DNA of 63,038 bases, counting the filler, from a bacterium (lineage in GTDB: Bacteria; JALSQH01): the NCBI GenBank assembly GCA_026985515.1. It is 5 parts of 5 records of this genome, joined end to end, with 100 filler letters (N's around TTAATTAATTAA, not from the genome) between each part and the next. Parts side by side here need not be neighbours in the genome. Positions count along the whole stretch, not along the records: positions 1 to 23,277 come from JALSQH010000254.1; 4 more parts are not named here. One strand, given 5' to 3'. The notes below the pieces were generated by a model. That model was not told the origin of the DNA, did not search any database, and saw nothing but the letters and a program-made list of their open reading frames with translations. A program made the position numbers and the translations under genes. The stretch's first letter is position 1. The number at the start of each line of letters is the position of its first letter. Below are positions 8,979-19,174 of the stretch, one piece after another.

Positions 8979-9653
8979 TTATAGAATCAATCCAATTATA
9001 ACCGGTATCAGAATCAATATCAAGGTGGCGAGAATCCATATTATGAAGGGGGTTTCCAGAAGTTCGTCAATACTCTCTTCAACATAGAATGTGGCGACTT
9101 TCTTAACGACTTTCATAAATCTTGCCTTGCTGGTAAATTCTGTTCCTTTTACTTCTGGAGACTCTGTAAGTGAAAAAAGCACATCAGCAGTGATCTGGTA
9201 AGCCTTTGATTTGATAAATTTCGTGAGGAAGAAACCTCTGCCCTCTTTAATTTTTTCAGCTTTTAATCGCAGTTTCCTGATCTGATTATCTATGACACTG
9301 AACAGATTCTGGGTTACTTTTTCAGAATCAGAAACTCTGTCTACTGCAGAGAGGGAGAGAGAAACTGCACTCCCCACAACACTTTCAAGGAATCCTGTTT
9401 CAATAACCAGGTATTTGATTCCGCCAGTGACACCCAGGATGATTCCTCCGGCGATACCCGAGAGCGTGCCTGCAGGGATAAAATAGATCAACCAGTACCA
9501 CGAGTGGAGAAGAGAGAGTTTTAGTAACAGAAAGAACAGGCCAAAACCCGCCCCTGTACCAATGAGTGCACCAAGCAGAGTTATTACAACGACTTTCAAA
9601 AGAGCGTGGGGTATCTTTTTCAGGGGTAACTCAGGTATTGGTATGGTATCCAT
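8979..9653 (-). CDS. Hypothetical membrane protein
   Basis: Two N-terminal and one C-terminal hydrophobic segments; start placed at ATG 9653, 7 nt below TTGTGT-N16-TAAAAT. Confidence 0.65.
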   Translation of the reverse strand: MDTIPIPELPLKKIPHALLKVVVITLLGALIGTGAGFGLFFLLLKLSLLHSWYWLIYFIPAGTLSGIAGGIILGVTGGIKYLVIETGFLESVVGSAVSLSLSAVDRVSDSEKVTQNLFSVIDNQIRKLRLKAEKIKEGRGFFLTKFIKSKAYQITADVLFSLTESPEVKGTEFTSKARFMKVVKKVATFYVEESIDELLETPFIIWILATLILILIPVIIGLIL

Positions 9654-9698
9654 ACTTCTAATTTTATTTTTAATGAGAAAAAACACAATTTTTTTCTG

Positions 9699-9726
9699 TT
9701 GACATGATGCAGGTAAATGGTATTAT
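9699..9726 (+). promoter_or_regulatory. Sigma70-like promoter for the NTPase-PPIase-pdxA-uvrA-ispG run
   Basis: TTGACA-N16-TATTAT with TG extension. Confidence 0.55.
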
Positions 9727-9764
9727 TGTTTATTGTGGGGATGAGGAACATAGGGAGGGAAAAA

Positions 9765-10340
9765 ATGTCAAATAAAACGATGCAAAAAAATCTGCTTATT
9801 ACTGGCAAGCCAAGAACCGGAAAAACCACTCTGGTTGTTAACGTTATCAGAAGGCTGGATCTTCCATTTTGCGGTTTTTACACAAGTGAATTGTTGAAAA
9901 ATGGGAATAGAGTGGGTTTTGTAATAAACAATCTGCGAGGTGAAAGGGGGATTTTTGCGTATGTGGATTCTGAGTCGGATATAAGAGTATCCAGATATGG
10001 AGTGGAACTTGATGTGCTTGAAGCAGTTGGAGTGAGTGAGGTGGAGAGGTGTTCAAGGGATCATGAACCCAAAATAATTGTAATTGATGAGATTGGCAAA
10101 ATGGAACTTTTTTCAGAACCTTTTAAACAGTCGGTTCTCAGATCGCTTAATTCACCCTTTCCAGTTCTTGCCACAGTGATGGGAAGGGGAGATGAATGGG
10201 TCGCTGAGAATGTTTTAAGCAGGGAAGACATAAAACTTTTCATGATAAATGTGAATAATCGCAAACAGATTGAGGATAAAATAGTTCGTATTCTTCCTGG
10301 CATATTTAGAGAGATTGAGCAGAATTTGAAAGTTATCTGA
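9765..10340 (+). CDS. Nucleoside-triphosphatase, THEP1/NTPase_1 family
   Basis: LITGKPRTGKTT, GFYTSE, RVGF, IVIDEIGKMELFS; GGAGG SD before ATG 9765. Confidence 0.88.
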   Translation: MSNKTMQKNLLITGKPRTGKTTLVVNVIRRLDLPFCGFYTSELLKNGNRVGFVINNLRGERGIFAYVDSESDIRVSRYGVELDVLEAVGVSEVERCSRDHEPKIIVIDEIGKMELFSEPFKQSVLRSLNSPFPVLATVMGRGDEWVAENVLSREDIKLFMINVNNRKQIEDKIVRILPGIFREIEQNLKVI

Positions 10341-10363
10341 TAAAAATTTGTGGAGGTGTTGAT

Positions 10364-11440
10364 ATGAAAAAGAGAGGAATTGCATTTTTGAGTCTATTCC
10401 TGGTTGCTCTATTTGTGTGGGGATGCAAGGGGAAGGAGAAGACCACAGGTGAAAAAGGTGGAGGCGTTGTTGGTGTTGTTGGTAATGAGAAGGTAACATG
10501 GGCAGAGTTTAAAAAGGAGCTTGATAACCTCCCCCCCTATTACCGCAGATTTCTGAGAAATGCCAATGCTCTTTCCACATATCTGAAGAAGTATTTAATA
10601 AGAAAAGCTATGGTTCTTGAAGCTGAGAAGAGAGGCTACGAGAATGATCCAAAAATAAAAAGGCAAATTGAAAGATACAAAGAACAGCTGTTGATCAGAA
10701 AGCTTAGAGAAGAGATGAGAAAGAAGCAGATGAGCGTGACAGATGATGAAATAAAGGAGTATTACGAAAAGCACAAAGATCGATTTAAGGTTGGAGAGCA
10801 GCGAAAAATAAGAGAAATAATGGTTAAAGTTTCTCCAAATGCTCCGGAGAAGGAATGGTTAAAGGCTAAGCGTAAAATTGAAAAAGCTCTGAGAGAGTTG
10901 AAGAGGGGAATTCCGTGGGAAAAAGTATTTAAAAAGTACAATGAAGATGAAACGATCAGAGTTTTAAATGGAGAACTTCCATATTTCAGCCGAAACAGAA
11001 GGATAAGATACTACATGGATGACAATTTCATAAATGCTGTATTTAATTTGAAAAAACCTGGTGACATGACAATTGTAAAAACGAGATATGGTTATGTTCT
11101 TGTGCAGTTGAGAGATGTGAAGCCGCCCCACACGAGAGAGTTTATTGAGGTGGCTCCAGAAATTAAGAGAGAACTTGAACAGAAAAAGAGGATCCTTCAG
11201 GAGAAGAAACTGGAAGATATGCTTGTAAAAAAGTATGGGATAAAGGTTTACACCGATGTTCTTGCTGAGTTTTCTGGAGGTGGCAGGATGAATAAAAAGG
11301 CAACAAAACCTGCACCGGTCAAACCTGCACCGGTCAGGGTAAAACCCGCCAGTCAGGGTAAGGCTCAGCAGCAGACAAATATGCCAGGGAAAATGCAGAA
11401 GATGAGTCCACAGCAGAAGACACCTTCCGGTAAAAAATGA
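10364..11440 (+). CDS. PpiC/PrsA-type peptidyl-prolyl isomerase lipoprotein
   Basis: Lipobox VWGC; rotamase-like REIMVK...GELPYFSR...VKTRYGYVLV; low-complexity K/P/Q tail. Confidence 0.8.
   Translation: MKKRGIAFLSLFLVALFVWGCKGKEKTTGEKGGGVVGVVGNEKVTWAEFKKELDNLPPYYRRFLRNANALSTYLKKYLIRKAMVLEAEKRGYENDPKIKRQIERYKEQLLIRKLREEMRKKQMSVTDDEIKEYYEKHKDRFKVGEQRKIREIMVKVSPNAPEKEWLKAKRKIEKALRELKRGIPWEKVFKKYNEDETIRVLNGELPYFSRNRRIRYYMDDNFINAVFNLKKPGDMTIVKTRYGYVLVQLRDVKPPHTREFIEVAPEIKRELEQKKRILQEKKLEDMLVKKYGIKVYTDVLAEFSGGGRMNKKATKPAPVKPAPVRVKPASQGKAQQQTNMPGKMQKMSPQQKTPSGKK
11306..11335 (+). repeat. Perfect 15-bp tandem duplication (KPAPV x2)
   Basis: AAACCTGCACCGGTC twice in tandem, in frame. Confidence 0.9.
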
Positions 11441-12399
11441 GAAAGTTTTTCTTTTCAGGTGCTATGAGAGTGGTGGGGGAGCTCATTGCTGGCTCCTCCA
11501 TTTTTTTTATTTTGCTGTATGGGTGCAGTAGAAAAAAAACTGGAGATTCCTCTATTCTTCTCACCATCAATGGTGAGGCAGTCCACATGGAGGATGTGGA
11601 GGATATTATTTCCAGTATATATCCCTGGAGAAATGCTTCAGAAAGTTACAAGCTTTCATTTCTGTGGGACCCTTCCAAAAAGAAGTTGAGAAGAGAGATA
11701 CTTGATGCGGTTATTGAGAGGAAGTTACTTCTTCAGGAGGCAAGAAAGAGGGGAATTGTCGTTACGGGAAAAGATCTCACAGAGGAGTTGAAGAGGATTA
11801 AGGCGGGGGTTTCAAAGGAAGTTTTTGGTAAGCTGTTCTGGAGATATGGAAAGGATCCTGCCAGATGGATGAGACATCTAAGAGAGGAAATATTGATAAG
11901 AAAACTTCTGAGAGAATATGTATACAGGGGAATAACGGTTAGCGTGGATGAAATTGACAGGTACTATGCAGACCACGTTTCAGATTTTACGGGAAAAGAG
12001 TGGGTGAAAGTTCACATGATAATGTTTGATTCTCTGGCAGAAGCCCGGAATTTCAGGAAGAGAGTGAAAAGGGCTGAAGACTTTATAGGTGTGGAGCATG
12101 AGAAAAATGTTTATATCCCAGAAGATGGTTTCCTTTTCTTTAAAGGAGACATACCGGATAATTTATGGAAGATTTTTAACACCCTTCCTTTGAATCATCC
12201 TTCAAAAGTGTACAATCTCCATAACGGTTACTATGTTTTTCTTGTTACATCGCGGGGAAAAGGGTATCCGGGTGGTCAGAAGGCTATCAGAAGAAAAATA
12301 AGAAAGATTCTTCTTGAGAAAAAGAGGCATCAGGCATATATGAAATTTCTGGCAAATTTAAAGAAAAAAGCTAAAATAAAGATAAATCTTGAGTACTGA
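11437..12399 (+). CDS. SurA N-terminal-domain / PPIase-like lipoprotein
   Basis: Lipobox LYGC; LDAVIERKLLLQEARKRGIVVT; C-terminal FLANLKKKAKIKIN. Confidence 0.78.
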   Translation: MRKFFFSGAMRVVGELIAGSSIFFILLYGCSRKKTGDSSILLTINGEAVHMEDVEDIISSIYPWRNASESYKLSFLWDPSKKKLRREILDAVIERKLLLQEARKRGIVVTGKDLTEELKRIKAGVSKEVFGKLFWRYGKDPARWMRHLREEILIRKLLREYVYRGITVSVDEIDRYYADHVSDFTGKEWVKVHMIMFDSLAEARNFRKRVKRAEDFIGVEHEKNVYIPEDGFLFFKGDIPDNLWKIFNTLPLNHPSKVYNLHNGYYVFLVTSRGKGYPGGQKAIRRKIRKILLEKKRHQAYMKFLANLKKKAKIKINLEY

Positions 12400-12404
12400 A
12401 AAAG

Positions 12405-13304
12405 ATGAAGACTCTTTTGCTGCTCCTCCTAACGCTGTACTTTAATAAGCCTCGTACTGTGGAGAAGCTCTTGTTCACAGTGGATGGAAAGCCTTTTTTC
12501 CTTTCTGATTACGTGGCTTATCTTGAATTGAAGAATTTGAAAAAAATCTCCACTCCTCCTGCATCATTCGATTCTTTGAAGGATTTCATAAATTTTGTAT
12601 TGATGAGTGAGGAGGCAAGCGCCAGGGGTTACTCAGTATCAGAGGCGGATATTGATAAAGATATTACGATGATTGCACTTAAAACAGGTGTTGACAGGGA
12701 TTCTCTTCTGAACTTTGTTCATCAAAAGTTTGGAATATCTCCTGAGAAGTTCAGAGAGATGAGGAGGAGATACATACTTGTCAATTATCTGCTTTCTCCC
12801 TATTTGAGGAACATAAGAATTGACCAGGATGAAGTAGAGGCATTCTACAGACAGCATATTCGTGATTTTTCTAAGAAGAGAGTGAAGGTGATTCTCATCA
12901 CTTCTGAGAGAGAGGTAAAGTTTTATTCTAAAATTTCTCCCTCTGAGTTACACTCCTACTTTCCTGATGCTTCCACTTCTGTAATGGAAGTAAAAGAGGG
13001 TGAGTTTAAGCGATCTCTTGAAAGAGAGATTTTCTCTGCCAGAAAGGGAGATATTGTGGGTCCACTGAAGGGAGGTGGCAAATTCACCTATTTCTATCTT
13101 CTGGATGATCCCGCTATTTCACCGGAACCCCTTGAAAGTGTCAGAGACAAAATTGTTGAGATACTCCAGGAGGAAAAGAGAGAAGAAGTTGTAAATAAGA
13201 TTCTTGAGGAGATTTCATTCAATCACTACCTTGAAAAATGTTTTTCGGTAAAAAATGATGAAGTTGATTTTGACCAGCGGGGATCCTGCGGGAGTGGGCA
13301 GTGA
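12405..13304 (+). CDS. SurA-like chaperone with degenerate rotamase domain
   Basis: VEKLLFTVDG, LMSEEASARGYSVSEADID, GDIVGPLK; immediately upstream of pdxA. Confidence 0.65.
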   Translation: MKTLLLLLLTLYFNKPRTVEKLLFTVDGKPFFLSDYVAYLELKNLKKISTPPASFDSLKDFINFVLMSEEASARGYSVSEADIDKDITMIALKTGVDRDSLLNFVHQKFGISPEKFREMRRRYILVNYLLSPYLRNIRIDQDEVEAFYRQHIRDFSKKRVKVILITSEREVKFYSKISPSELHSYFPDASTSVMEVKEGEFKRSLEREIFSARKGDIVGPLKGGGKFTYFYLLDDPAISPEPLESVRDKIVEILQEEKREEVVNKILEEISFNHYLEKCFSVKNDEVDFDQRGSCGSGQ

Positions 13305-14274
13305 AATCACTATTAGAGCCCTTTCGGAGTTAACACTCCCCGCAGATGTGTCACTTTTAATTCTTGGAGATCTGGAACTTTACAGGGCTATTAGTGAAAA
13401 AATAGGGATAAATCTAAAGTTCAGTGAAGTTCAAAAGATGGATGAAATTAAGCCCGGGGTCAATTTTCTCAATGTTGAACCTTCAGGATTTGATCTTTCA
13501 ATTCTTGGTAAACCCTCTGAGAGAAGTGGTGAGGCAGCGTACAATTATCTCAAACTCTCAGCTGAACTCCTTAAAGGAGATTATGATGGTGTCGTAACTG
13601 CGCCGATAAGCAAGGAGAATATGTGGAGGGTGGGATTCAAATATCCCGGTCATACGGAATTTTATGCAGATTCTCTGGGTGCAAGAGATTTTGTGATGAT
13701 GCTGGGGGGTAAAAAGCTTAAGGTAGTTCTTGTAACCATTCATGTTCCTCTGAGGAATGTTCCTGATCTGATCACTGCAGAGAGGCTCGAAAAAACTATT
13801 AAAATCACTCACCGGGAATTTGTAATCTCTTTTGGTATATCTTCTCCGCGAATCGGAGTGGCTGGTCTCAATCCCCACGCCGGTGAGGGTGGTAAACTTG
13901 GGAGGGAGGAGATAGAGGTTATTGCTCCTGTGGTGGAAAAGATGAAAAAAGAGGGTTATAACGTGATGGGACCTTTTCCCGCAGACACTCTCTTTTACCG
14001 TGCATTCAGAGGGGAGTTTGATGTGGTTGTCTCCATGTATCATGATCAGGGGCTTGGACCCCTTAAGCTTGTTCATTTTGATGATGCTGTTAATGTAACC
14101 CTTGGTCTTCCAAAGGTCAGAACGAGTGTTGATCACGGGACTGCCTTTGACATCGCCCCCCTGTTCAGAGCAAATCCAGGCAGCATGAAAAGTGCCATAG
14201 CCACAGCAATTGAGATGATCAGAAACAGGAAAAAATATGAAGTACATAAGGATAAGGGGAGCAAGGGAACATAA
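13255..14274 (+). CDS. pdxA: 4-hydroxythreonine-4-phosphate dehydrogenase
   Basis: GDPAGVGSE, VTAPISK, GHTE, GLNPHAGE, MYHDQGL, RTSVDHGTAFDIA. Confidence 0.96.
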   Translation: MMKLILTSGDPAGVGSEITIRALSELTLPADVSLLILGDLELYRAISEKIGINLKFSEVQKMDEIKPGVNFLNVEPSGFDLSILGKPSERSGEAAYNYLKLSAELLKGDYDGVVTAPISKENMWRVGFKYPGHTEFYADSLGARDFVMMLGGKKLKVVLVTIHVPLRNVPDLITAERLEKTIKITHREFVISFGISSPRIGVAGLNPHAGEGGKLGREEIEVIAPVVEKMKKEGYNVMGPFPADTLFYRAFRGEFDVVVSMYHDQGLGPLKLVHFDDAVNVTLGLPKVRTSVDHGTAFDIAPLFRANPGSMKSAIATAIEMIRNRKKYEVHKDKGSKGT

Positions 14275-17083
14275 TCTGAAAAGTATTAATCTGGATATTC
14301 CCAAGGAGAGATTTGTCATTATAACCGGACTGAGTGGTTCCGGGAAATCCTCTCTTGCTTTCAACACAATTTATGCCGAAAGTCAGAGACTCTACATTGA
14401 AAGCCTTTCAACCTATGCCAGACAGTTTCTGGGCCAGATGCAGAAGCCTGATGTGGATTTTATTGAGGGTCTTTCCCCTTCCATAGCCATAGAACAGCGA
14501 ACAATTACCCATAATCCGAGATCCACAGTTGGAACTGTGACTGAGGTTTACGATTATCTCAGGCTGTTGTTTGCCAGAGTGGGTAAGGCCTACTGTTACA
14601 GGTGTGGTAGGGAAATAACATCTCAGACTCCCCAGCAGATGGTGGATAAGATTATGAGTTATCCGCCCGGGACGAGAATTCTTGTTCTTGCTCCTGTGGT
14701 GAGGGGGAAAAAGGGGGAATTCAGGGATCTTTTCAGAAGACTTTTAAAGATGGGGTATGTGAGAGTTTTTGTGGATGGGGAGATGAAAGATCTCGAATCT
14801 CCCATTGATCTGGATAAAAATAAGAAACACGATATTGATGTTGTGGTGGACAGGCTTGTAATCAGCAGTGATATAAGGGGAAGATTGACAGATTCTGTGG
14901 AGCAGGCTCTTGAACTTGCCGACGGGGTTTTGAAGATAAGAAACTATGATACCGGGGAGGAGGAGCTTTTCAGCAGCAAGTTTGCCTGTGTTTACTGTGG
15001 CATCAGTTACCCCGATATTGAACCCAGATTATTTTCTTTTAACAGTCCATATGGCGCATGTCCTGTATGTCAGGGACTGGGGGTAACCTATACCTTTGAT
15101 GAGGAGGATATTTTTCCTTCCCCCCATTTACCCATTAAAAGTGCTCTTGCCTCCTGGGTACACATTGGAAGAATCTTTGAAATGAAGTTGAAGGATCTCT
15201 TTCTGTATTATGGTTACGATTTTCACACACCATACAGGGAACTGCCCCCAGAGTTCAGACGGAAGATCCTCTATGGAACAGATGATCCCATTCCCATTAC
15301 CAGAGGTGGGGCAAAGTACAGGGGCTACTGGAAGTATGAGGGTATAGTAAACTACCTGCTGGAGAGGTATGGTGAATCAGAGGGTGACGAGTTTATGGAA
15401 ATCTCTTCTCATCTCAAATACAGGACCTGTCCTGCCTGTGGAGGAGCGAGACTTCGCAAAGAGGCACTCCATGTCAAAATAGCAGGTAAGAATATATATG
15501 AAGTCACGCAAATGACTGTTAAAAAAGCCCTTGAATTCTTCAAGTCCCTTCAATTTCAGGGAAAGGATAAGATCATAGCTGAAAAGATAATTAAAGAAAT
15601 TGTCAACAGGCTAAGTTTTATGGCTGATGTGGGACTTGATTATCTGACCCTTGATCGTACAATGGGAACCCTCTCTGGAGGTGAAGCTCAGAGGATAAAA
15701 CTTGCAACGCAGATAGGTTCAAGATTGACGGGGGTACTTTACATCCTTGATGAGCCAAGCATTGGACTCCATCCGAGAGATGTTGACAGATTGATAAACA
15801 GTCTCAAGCAGTTGAGGGACCTGGGAAACACTGTAATAGTTGTGGAGCATGATGAGTCCACCATAAGAAGTGCCGATTTCATTGTTGATCTTGGTCCTGG
15901 AGCGGGGGAGAAGGGTGGTGAAGTTGTCGTTGCAGGTACCATTGATGATGTGATGAAATGTGAGAGGTCTCTCACGGGTCAATATCTGAGTGGAAAGAAA
16001 AGGATACCACTTCCTGCAAGAAGGAGAAAGAAAGCGGCTGGTTACATAAAAATAAGAGGAGCAAGGACGCATAATCTGAAAAACATCGATGTGGATATTC
16101 CTCTGGGAATGTTTGTGGGAATAACGGGTGTTTCAGGGTCGGGAAAGAGCAGTCTCATTGTTGATCTTCTCTATCCTGCTTTAAGAAAACTTACCTATTA
16201 CAGGGAAGAAAAATTTTCTTCAGAAGAGGTGGATGAAATCTCCATAAAAAAGGGATGGGTAGAGAAGGTGATTAATGTTGATCAATCCCCCATAGGAAGA
16301 ACACCCAGATCAAATCCCGCCACCTATATCGGTGTTTTTGACAGCATAAGGGAACTTTTTGCAATGTTGCCTGAAGCAAGGGCAAGGGGATACACAAAGA
16401 GCAGATTCAGTTTTAATGTCAGAGGAGGAAGATGTGAAGCGTGTAAAGGGGAAGGTGTGGTGAGAATAGAGATGCACTTCCTTCCAGATATGTATATCGT
16501 ATGTGATGAATGCAAGGGAAAGAGATACAACAGAGAGACTCTGGAGGTGAAACTCAAGGGGAAAAGTATAGCAGATGTCCTTGATATGACCGTAAGTGAA
16601 GCCCTCGAATTCTTTGCAAATTTCCCGAAGATAAAGAGGAAACTTCAGTTTCTTGCTGATGTTGGACTTGATTACATAAAACTTGGCCAGCCATCCACAA
16701 CCTTCTCCGGAGGGGAGGCACAGAGGATTAAACTTGGAAGAGAACTTCTCAGAAGAAGCACCGGAAGGATCGTGTACATCCTTGATGAACCCACCACAGG
16801 ATTGCACTTTGATGATGTGAAAAAATTGATAGATGTACTTCAGAGACTGGTTGATGCGGGTAATACGGTTATCATAATTGAACACAACCTTGATGTACTG
16901 AAGTCTGTTGATTACATTATAGATCTTGGACCTGAAGGTGGTGAAGAAGGAGGTATGGTTGTTGCTGAGGGTACCCCGGAAGAGATTGCCATGAATGATA
17001 AGAGCTACACTGGAAAATTCCTGAGAAAGGTTTTGTGGACACAGAACAATGAAGATAGAGAGAAGGAAAACCCGACAGATTAG
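14237..17083 (+). CDS. uvrA: Excinuclease ABC subunit A
   Basis: GAREHNLK, GLSGSGKSSLAF, two ABC cassettes, CxxC zinc fingers, LSGGEAQRIKLA. Confidence 0.98.
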   Translation: MKYIRIRGAREHNLKSINLDIPKERFVIITGLSGSGKSSLAFNTIYAESQRLYIESLSTYARQFLGQMQKPDVDFIEGLSPSIAIEQRTITHNPRSTVGTVTEVYDYLRLLFARVGKAYCYRCGREITSQTPQQMVDKIMSYPPGTRILVLAPVVRGKKGEFRDLFRRLLKMGYVRVFVDGEMKDLESPIDLDKNKKHDIDVVVDRLVISSDIRGRLTDSVEQALELADGVLKIRNYDTGEEELFSSKFACVYCGISYPDIEPRLFSFNSPYGACPVCQGLGVTYTFDEEDIFPSPHLPIKSALASWVHIGRIFEMKLKDLFLYYGYDFHTPYRELPPEFRRKILYGTDDPIPITRGGAKYRGYWKYEGIVNYLLERYGESEGDEFMEISSHLKYRTCPACGGARLRKEALHVKIAGKNIYEVTQMTVKKALEFFKSLQFQGKDKIIAEKIIKEIVNRLSFMADVGLDYLTLDRTMGTLSGGEAQRIKLATQIGSRLTGVLYILDEPSIGLHPRDVDRLINSLKQLRDLGNTVIVVEHDESTIRSADFIVDLGPGAGEKGGEVVVAGTIDDVMKCERSLTGQYLSGKKRIPLPARRRKKAAGYIKIRGARTHNLKNIDVDIPLGMFVGITGVSGSGKSSLIVDLLYPALRKLTYYREEKFSSEEVDEISIKKGWVEKVINVDQSPIGRTPRSNPATYIGVFDSIRELFAMLPEARARGYTKSRFSFNVRGGRCEACKGEGVVRIEMHFLPDMYIVCDECKGKRYNRETLEVKLKGKSIADVLDMTVSEALEFFANFPKIKRKLQFLADVGLDYIKLGQPSTTFSGGEAQRIKLGRELLRRSTGRIVYILDEPTTGLHFDDVKKLIDVLQRLVDAGNTVIIIEHNLDVLKSVDYIIDLGPEGGEEGGMVVAEGTPEEIAMNDKSYTGKFLRKVLWTQNNEDREKENPTD

Positions 17084-18122
17084 GGTGGGTGATGTTACTG
17101 TGGGAGGAGATGCCCCTGTGAGGGTTCAATCGATGACATCAACAGATACGAGAAATGTGAAAGCAACTCTTGATCAGATTCACAGATTGTATGAGGCAGG
17201 TTGCGAAATAGTTCGTGTGGCTGTTCCAGATATGGAAGCTGTCAGTGCTCTAAAAAGGATTGTTAAAGCTTCCCCCATACCTGTGATTGCAGATATCCAT
17301 TTTCACTACAAGCTTGCAATAGAATCGGTCAGGGCAGGTGCTGGAGGTATCAGGATCAATCCCGGAAATATCGGAGGCATTGAGCGTCTCAGGGAAGTTG
17401 TCAGAGCGTGTAAGGATTATGGAGTACCCATCAGAGTGGGAGTTAATTCTGGTTCTGTGGAGAGGGACCTTCTGGAGAAATATGGCTATCCATCTCCGGA
17501 GGCAATGGTGGAGAGTGCGGTGAGGCATGTGAAGATGCTTGAAGATATGAACTTTACCATGATAAAGGTCTCTGTAAAGTCCAGCAGGGTAAAGGATACC
17601 ATTGAGGCTAACCGACTTCTTTCAAAGAAGATTGATTATCCCATTCATCTTGGAGTAACTGAGGCTGGTCCATTTCCTGAGGGAGCCATAAAAACTGCTG
17701 TGGCATTTGGGGTACTTCTCAGCGAAGGTATTGGGGATACCATAAGAGTCTCTCTGACAGATGATCCCGTGAAAGAAGTTGAAGTGGGATATGAGATACT
17801 GAAGTCCCTGGAGATAAGGAGCAGGGGGGTTAACATAATCAGCTGTCCAACCTGTGGCAGAATAGAAATAGATGTAATCTCTCTCACAAAAAAGGTGAAA
17901 GAAAAATTGAAAAGTATAACGAAACCCATAACTGTTGCCATCCTGGGATGCGTTGTCAATGGTCCCGGTGAGGCTGCGGAGGCAGATGTGGCTCTTGCAG
18001 GTGGGAAGCATGTGGGGATTATCTATGTCCGGGGGAAGTATTATAAAAAGGTAAGAGAAGAAGAGATGGTGGATGAACTCTACAAAACTGTTCTTGATTA
18101 CCTTGAGGGAAAGATAAACTGA
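17049..18122 (+). CDS. ispG: (E)-4-hydroxy-3-methylbut-2-enyl-diphosphate synthase
   Basis: VQSMT, ADIHF, RINPGN, HLGVTEAG, GDTIRVSL, SCPTCGR, GCVVNGPGE. Confidence 0.97.
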   Translation: MKIERRKTRQIRVGDVTVGGDAPVRVQSMTSTDTRNVKATLDQIHRLYEAGCEIVRVAVPDMEAVSALKRIVKASPIPVIADIHFHYKLAIESVRAGAGGIRINPGNIGGIERLREVVRACKDYGVPIRVGVNSGSVERDLLEKYGYPSPEAMVESAVRHVKMLEDMNFTMIKVSVKSSRVKDTIEANRLLSKKIDYPIHLGVTEAGPFPEGAIKTAVAFGVLLSEGIGDTIRVSLTDDPVKEVEVGYEILKSLEIRSRGVNIISCPTCGRIEIDVISLTKKVKEKLKSITKPITVAILGCVVNGPGEAAEADVALAGGKHVGIIYVRGKYYKKVREEEMVDELYKTVLDYLEGKIN

Positions 18123-19174
18123 GAAATATTTCTCCAGAGAAGCGTAATAAAAATAAAAGGATGCCTGTATATTTCCCCATAACCTGAAAGGCGCGAGAGA
18201 TCTTTTTGAAGTTTTTTGTCTGAAATCATTTTCAACCACTTTTCGCCATATCTGCTGTAAATCAGAGAAGATAAAAGGGTATTGAACCTGAATTTTTTCC
18301 CTGTAAAACTTGAGTATAACGCACTGTAGTAATTGGGAAAATCTCTTCTGCCCCTTGAGGTGCTCCATATTATTTCTCTTGCTGCCAGCATTCCCATTTC
18401 TATGGCGGGTGCTATCCCCTCTCCAAGAAGTGGATCAACTCCAATTCTCTCTCCCACAAGTATTAATCCTTTCTTCCAGTGGGGATTGAGTGGTGAGTAG
18501 AGATGCTCTGCTGCTCCCTCCATGAAATTTTTTTGAGGTCTTCCCTGAAAGTAAAAATACCCCTTTGAAGTTGTCTCAACAGAAGGTATTGTCCAGTGAT
18601 AACCCCTCTGCCCCTTATTGTGAAAAAATGTGAATGTGGGATTGCCATCTTCTGCCGAATCTGTCCTCACTACCAGCAGAGGTACTATTTTTCCTTTGAG
18701 GGGAAGAATTTTTCTTGTTATTCCTCTGATCCCATCTGCTCCAACAATTATTTCTCCTTCTAACTTTCCACATCTGGTATCCACTTCCCAGTGTTCTTCT
18801 TTTTCAATGATTGATAAAACTTCACAGTTATCTCTAATTTCAATTCCCATATCAAGTGCGTGTTGAGCCAGATTATGATCAAATTTCTCTCTTTTTACAA
18901 TTATTCCACTTTCCCGCCCCTTAACTGTGATTTCTCTATCCCTGAAGCGAAGGGTAACTGTATCATAGGGAATCCCCTCCTTGTATTTGAATTTGAGTTT
19001 TTCCAGCAATTTCACTCCCTCTGGGGTGATCATCCCGCCACACGGTTTATGCCGGGGGTATCTGTACTTTTCAAGAATTGTAATTCTGTCCTTCCATTCA
19101 GGTTTCAGCAGAACCAGGGTTATTCCGGTGCTCAGGCCGGCAGGTCCACCTCCAATAATTACCACTTTTTTCAT
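18098..19174 (-). CDS. Geranylgeranyl reductase-family FAD-dependent oxidoreductase
   Basis: GGGPAG, YPRHKPCGG, REKFDHNL, GADG, DPLLGEGI. Confidence 0.8.
   Translation of the reverse strand: MKKVVIIGGGPAGLSTGITLVLLKPEWKDRITILEKYRYPRHKPCGGMITPEGVKLLEKLKFKYKEGIPYDTVTLRFRDREITVKGRESGIIVKREKFDHNLAQHALDMGIEIRDNCEVLSIIEKEEHWEVDTRCGKLEGEIIVGADGIRGITRKILPLKGKIVPLLVVRTDSAEDGNPTFTFFHNKGQRGYHWTIPSVETTSKGYFYFQGRPQKNFMEGAAEHLYSPLNPHWKKGLILVGERIGVDPLLGEGIAPAIEMGMLAAREIIWSTSRGRRDFPNYYSALYSSFTGKKFRFNTLLSSLIYSRYGEKWLKMISDKKLQKDLSRLSGYGEIYRHPFIFITLLWRNISQFIFPSR

Noticed and set aside
11306-11335. 15-bp direct repeat as a CRISPR remnant or target-site duplication
   Set aside because: In-frame duplication within a low-complexity protein tail; no spacers or mobile genes
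13558-14367. Long antisense ORFs (also 17622-18368, 49199-49843, 50526-51335)
   Set aside because: They lie opposite well-conserved genes (pdxA/uvrA, ispG, pilT, alaS) and have no protein-like motifs
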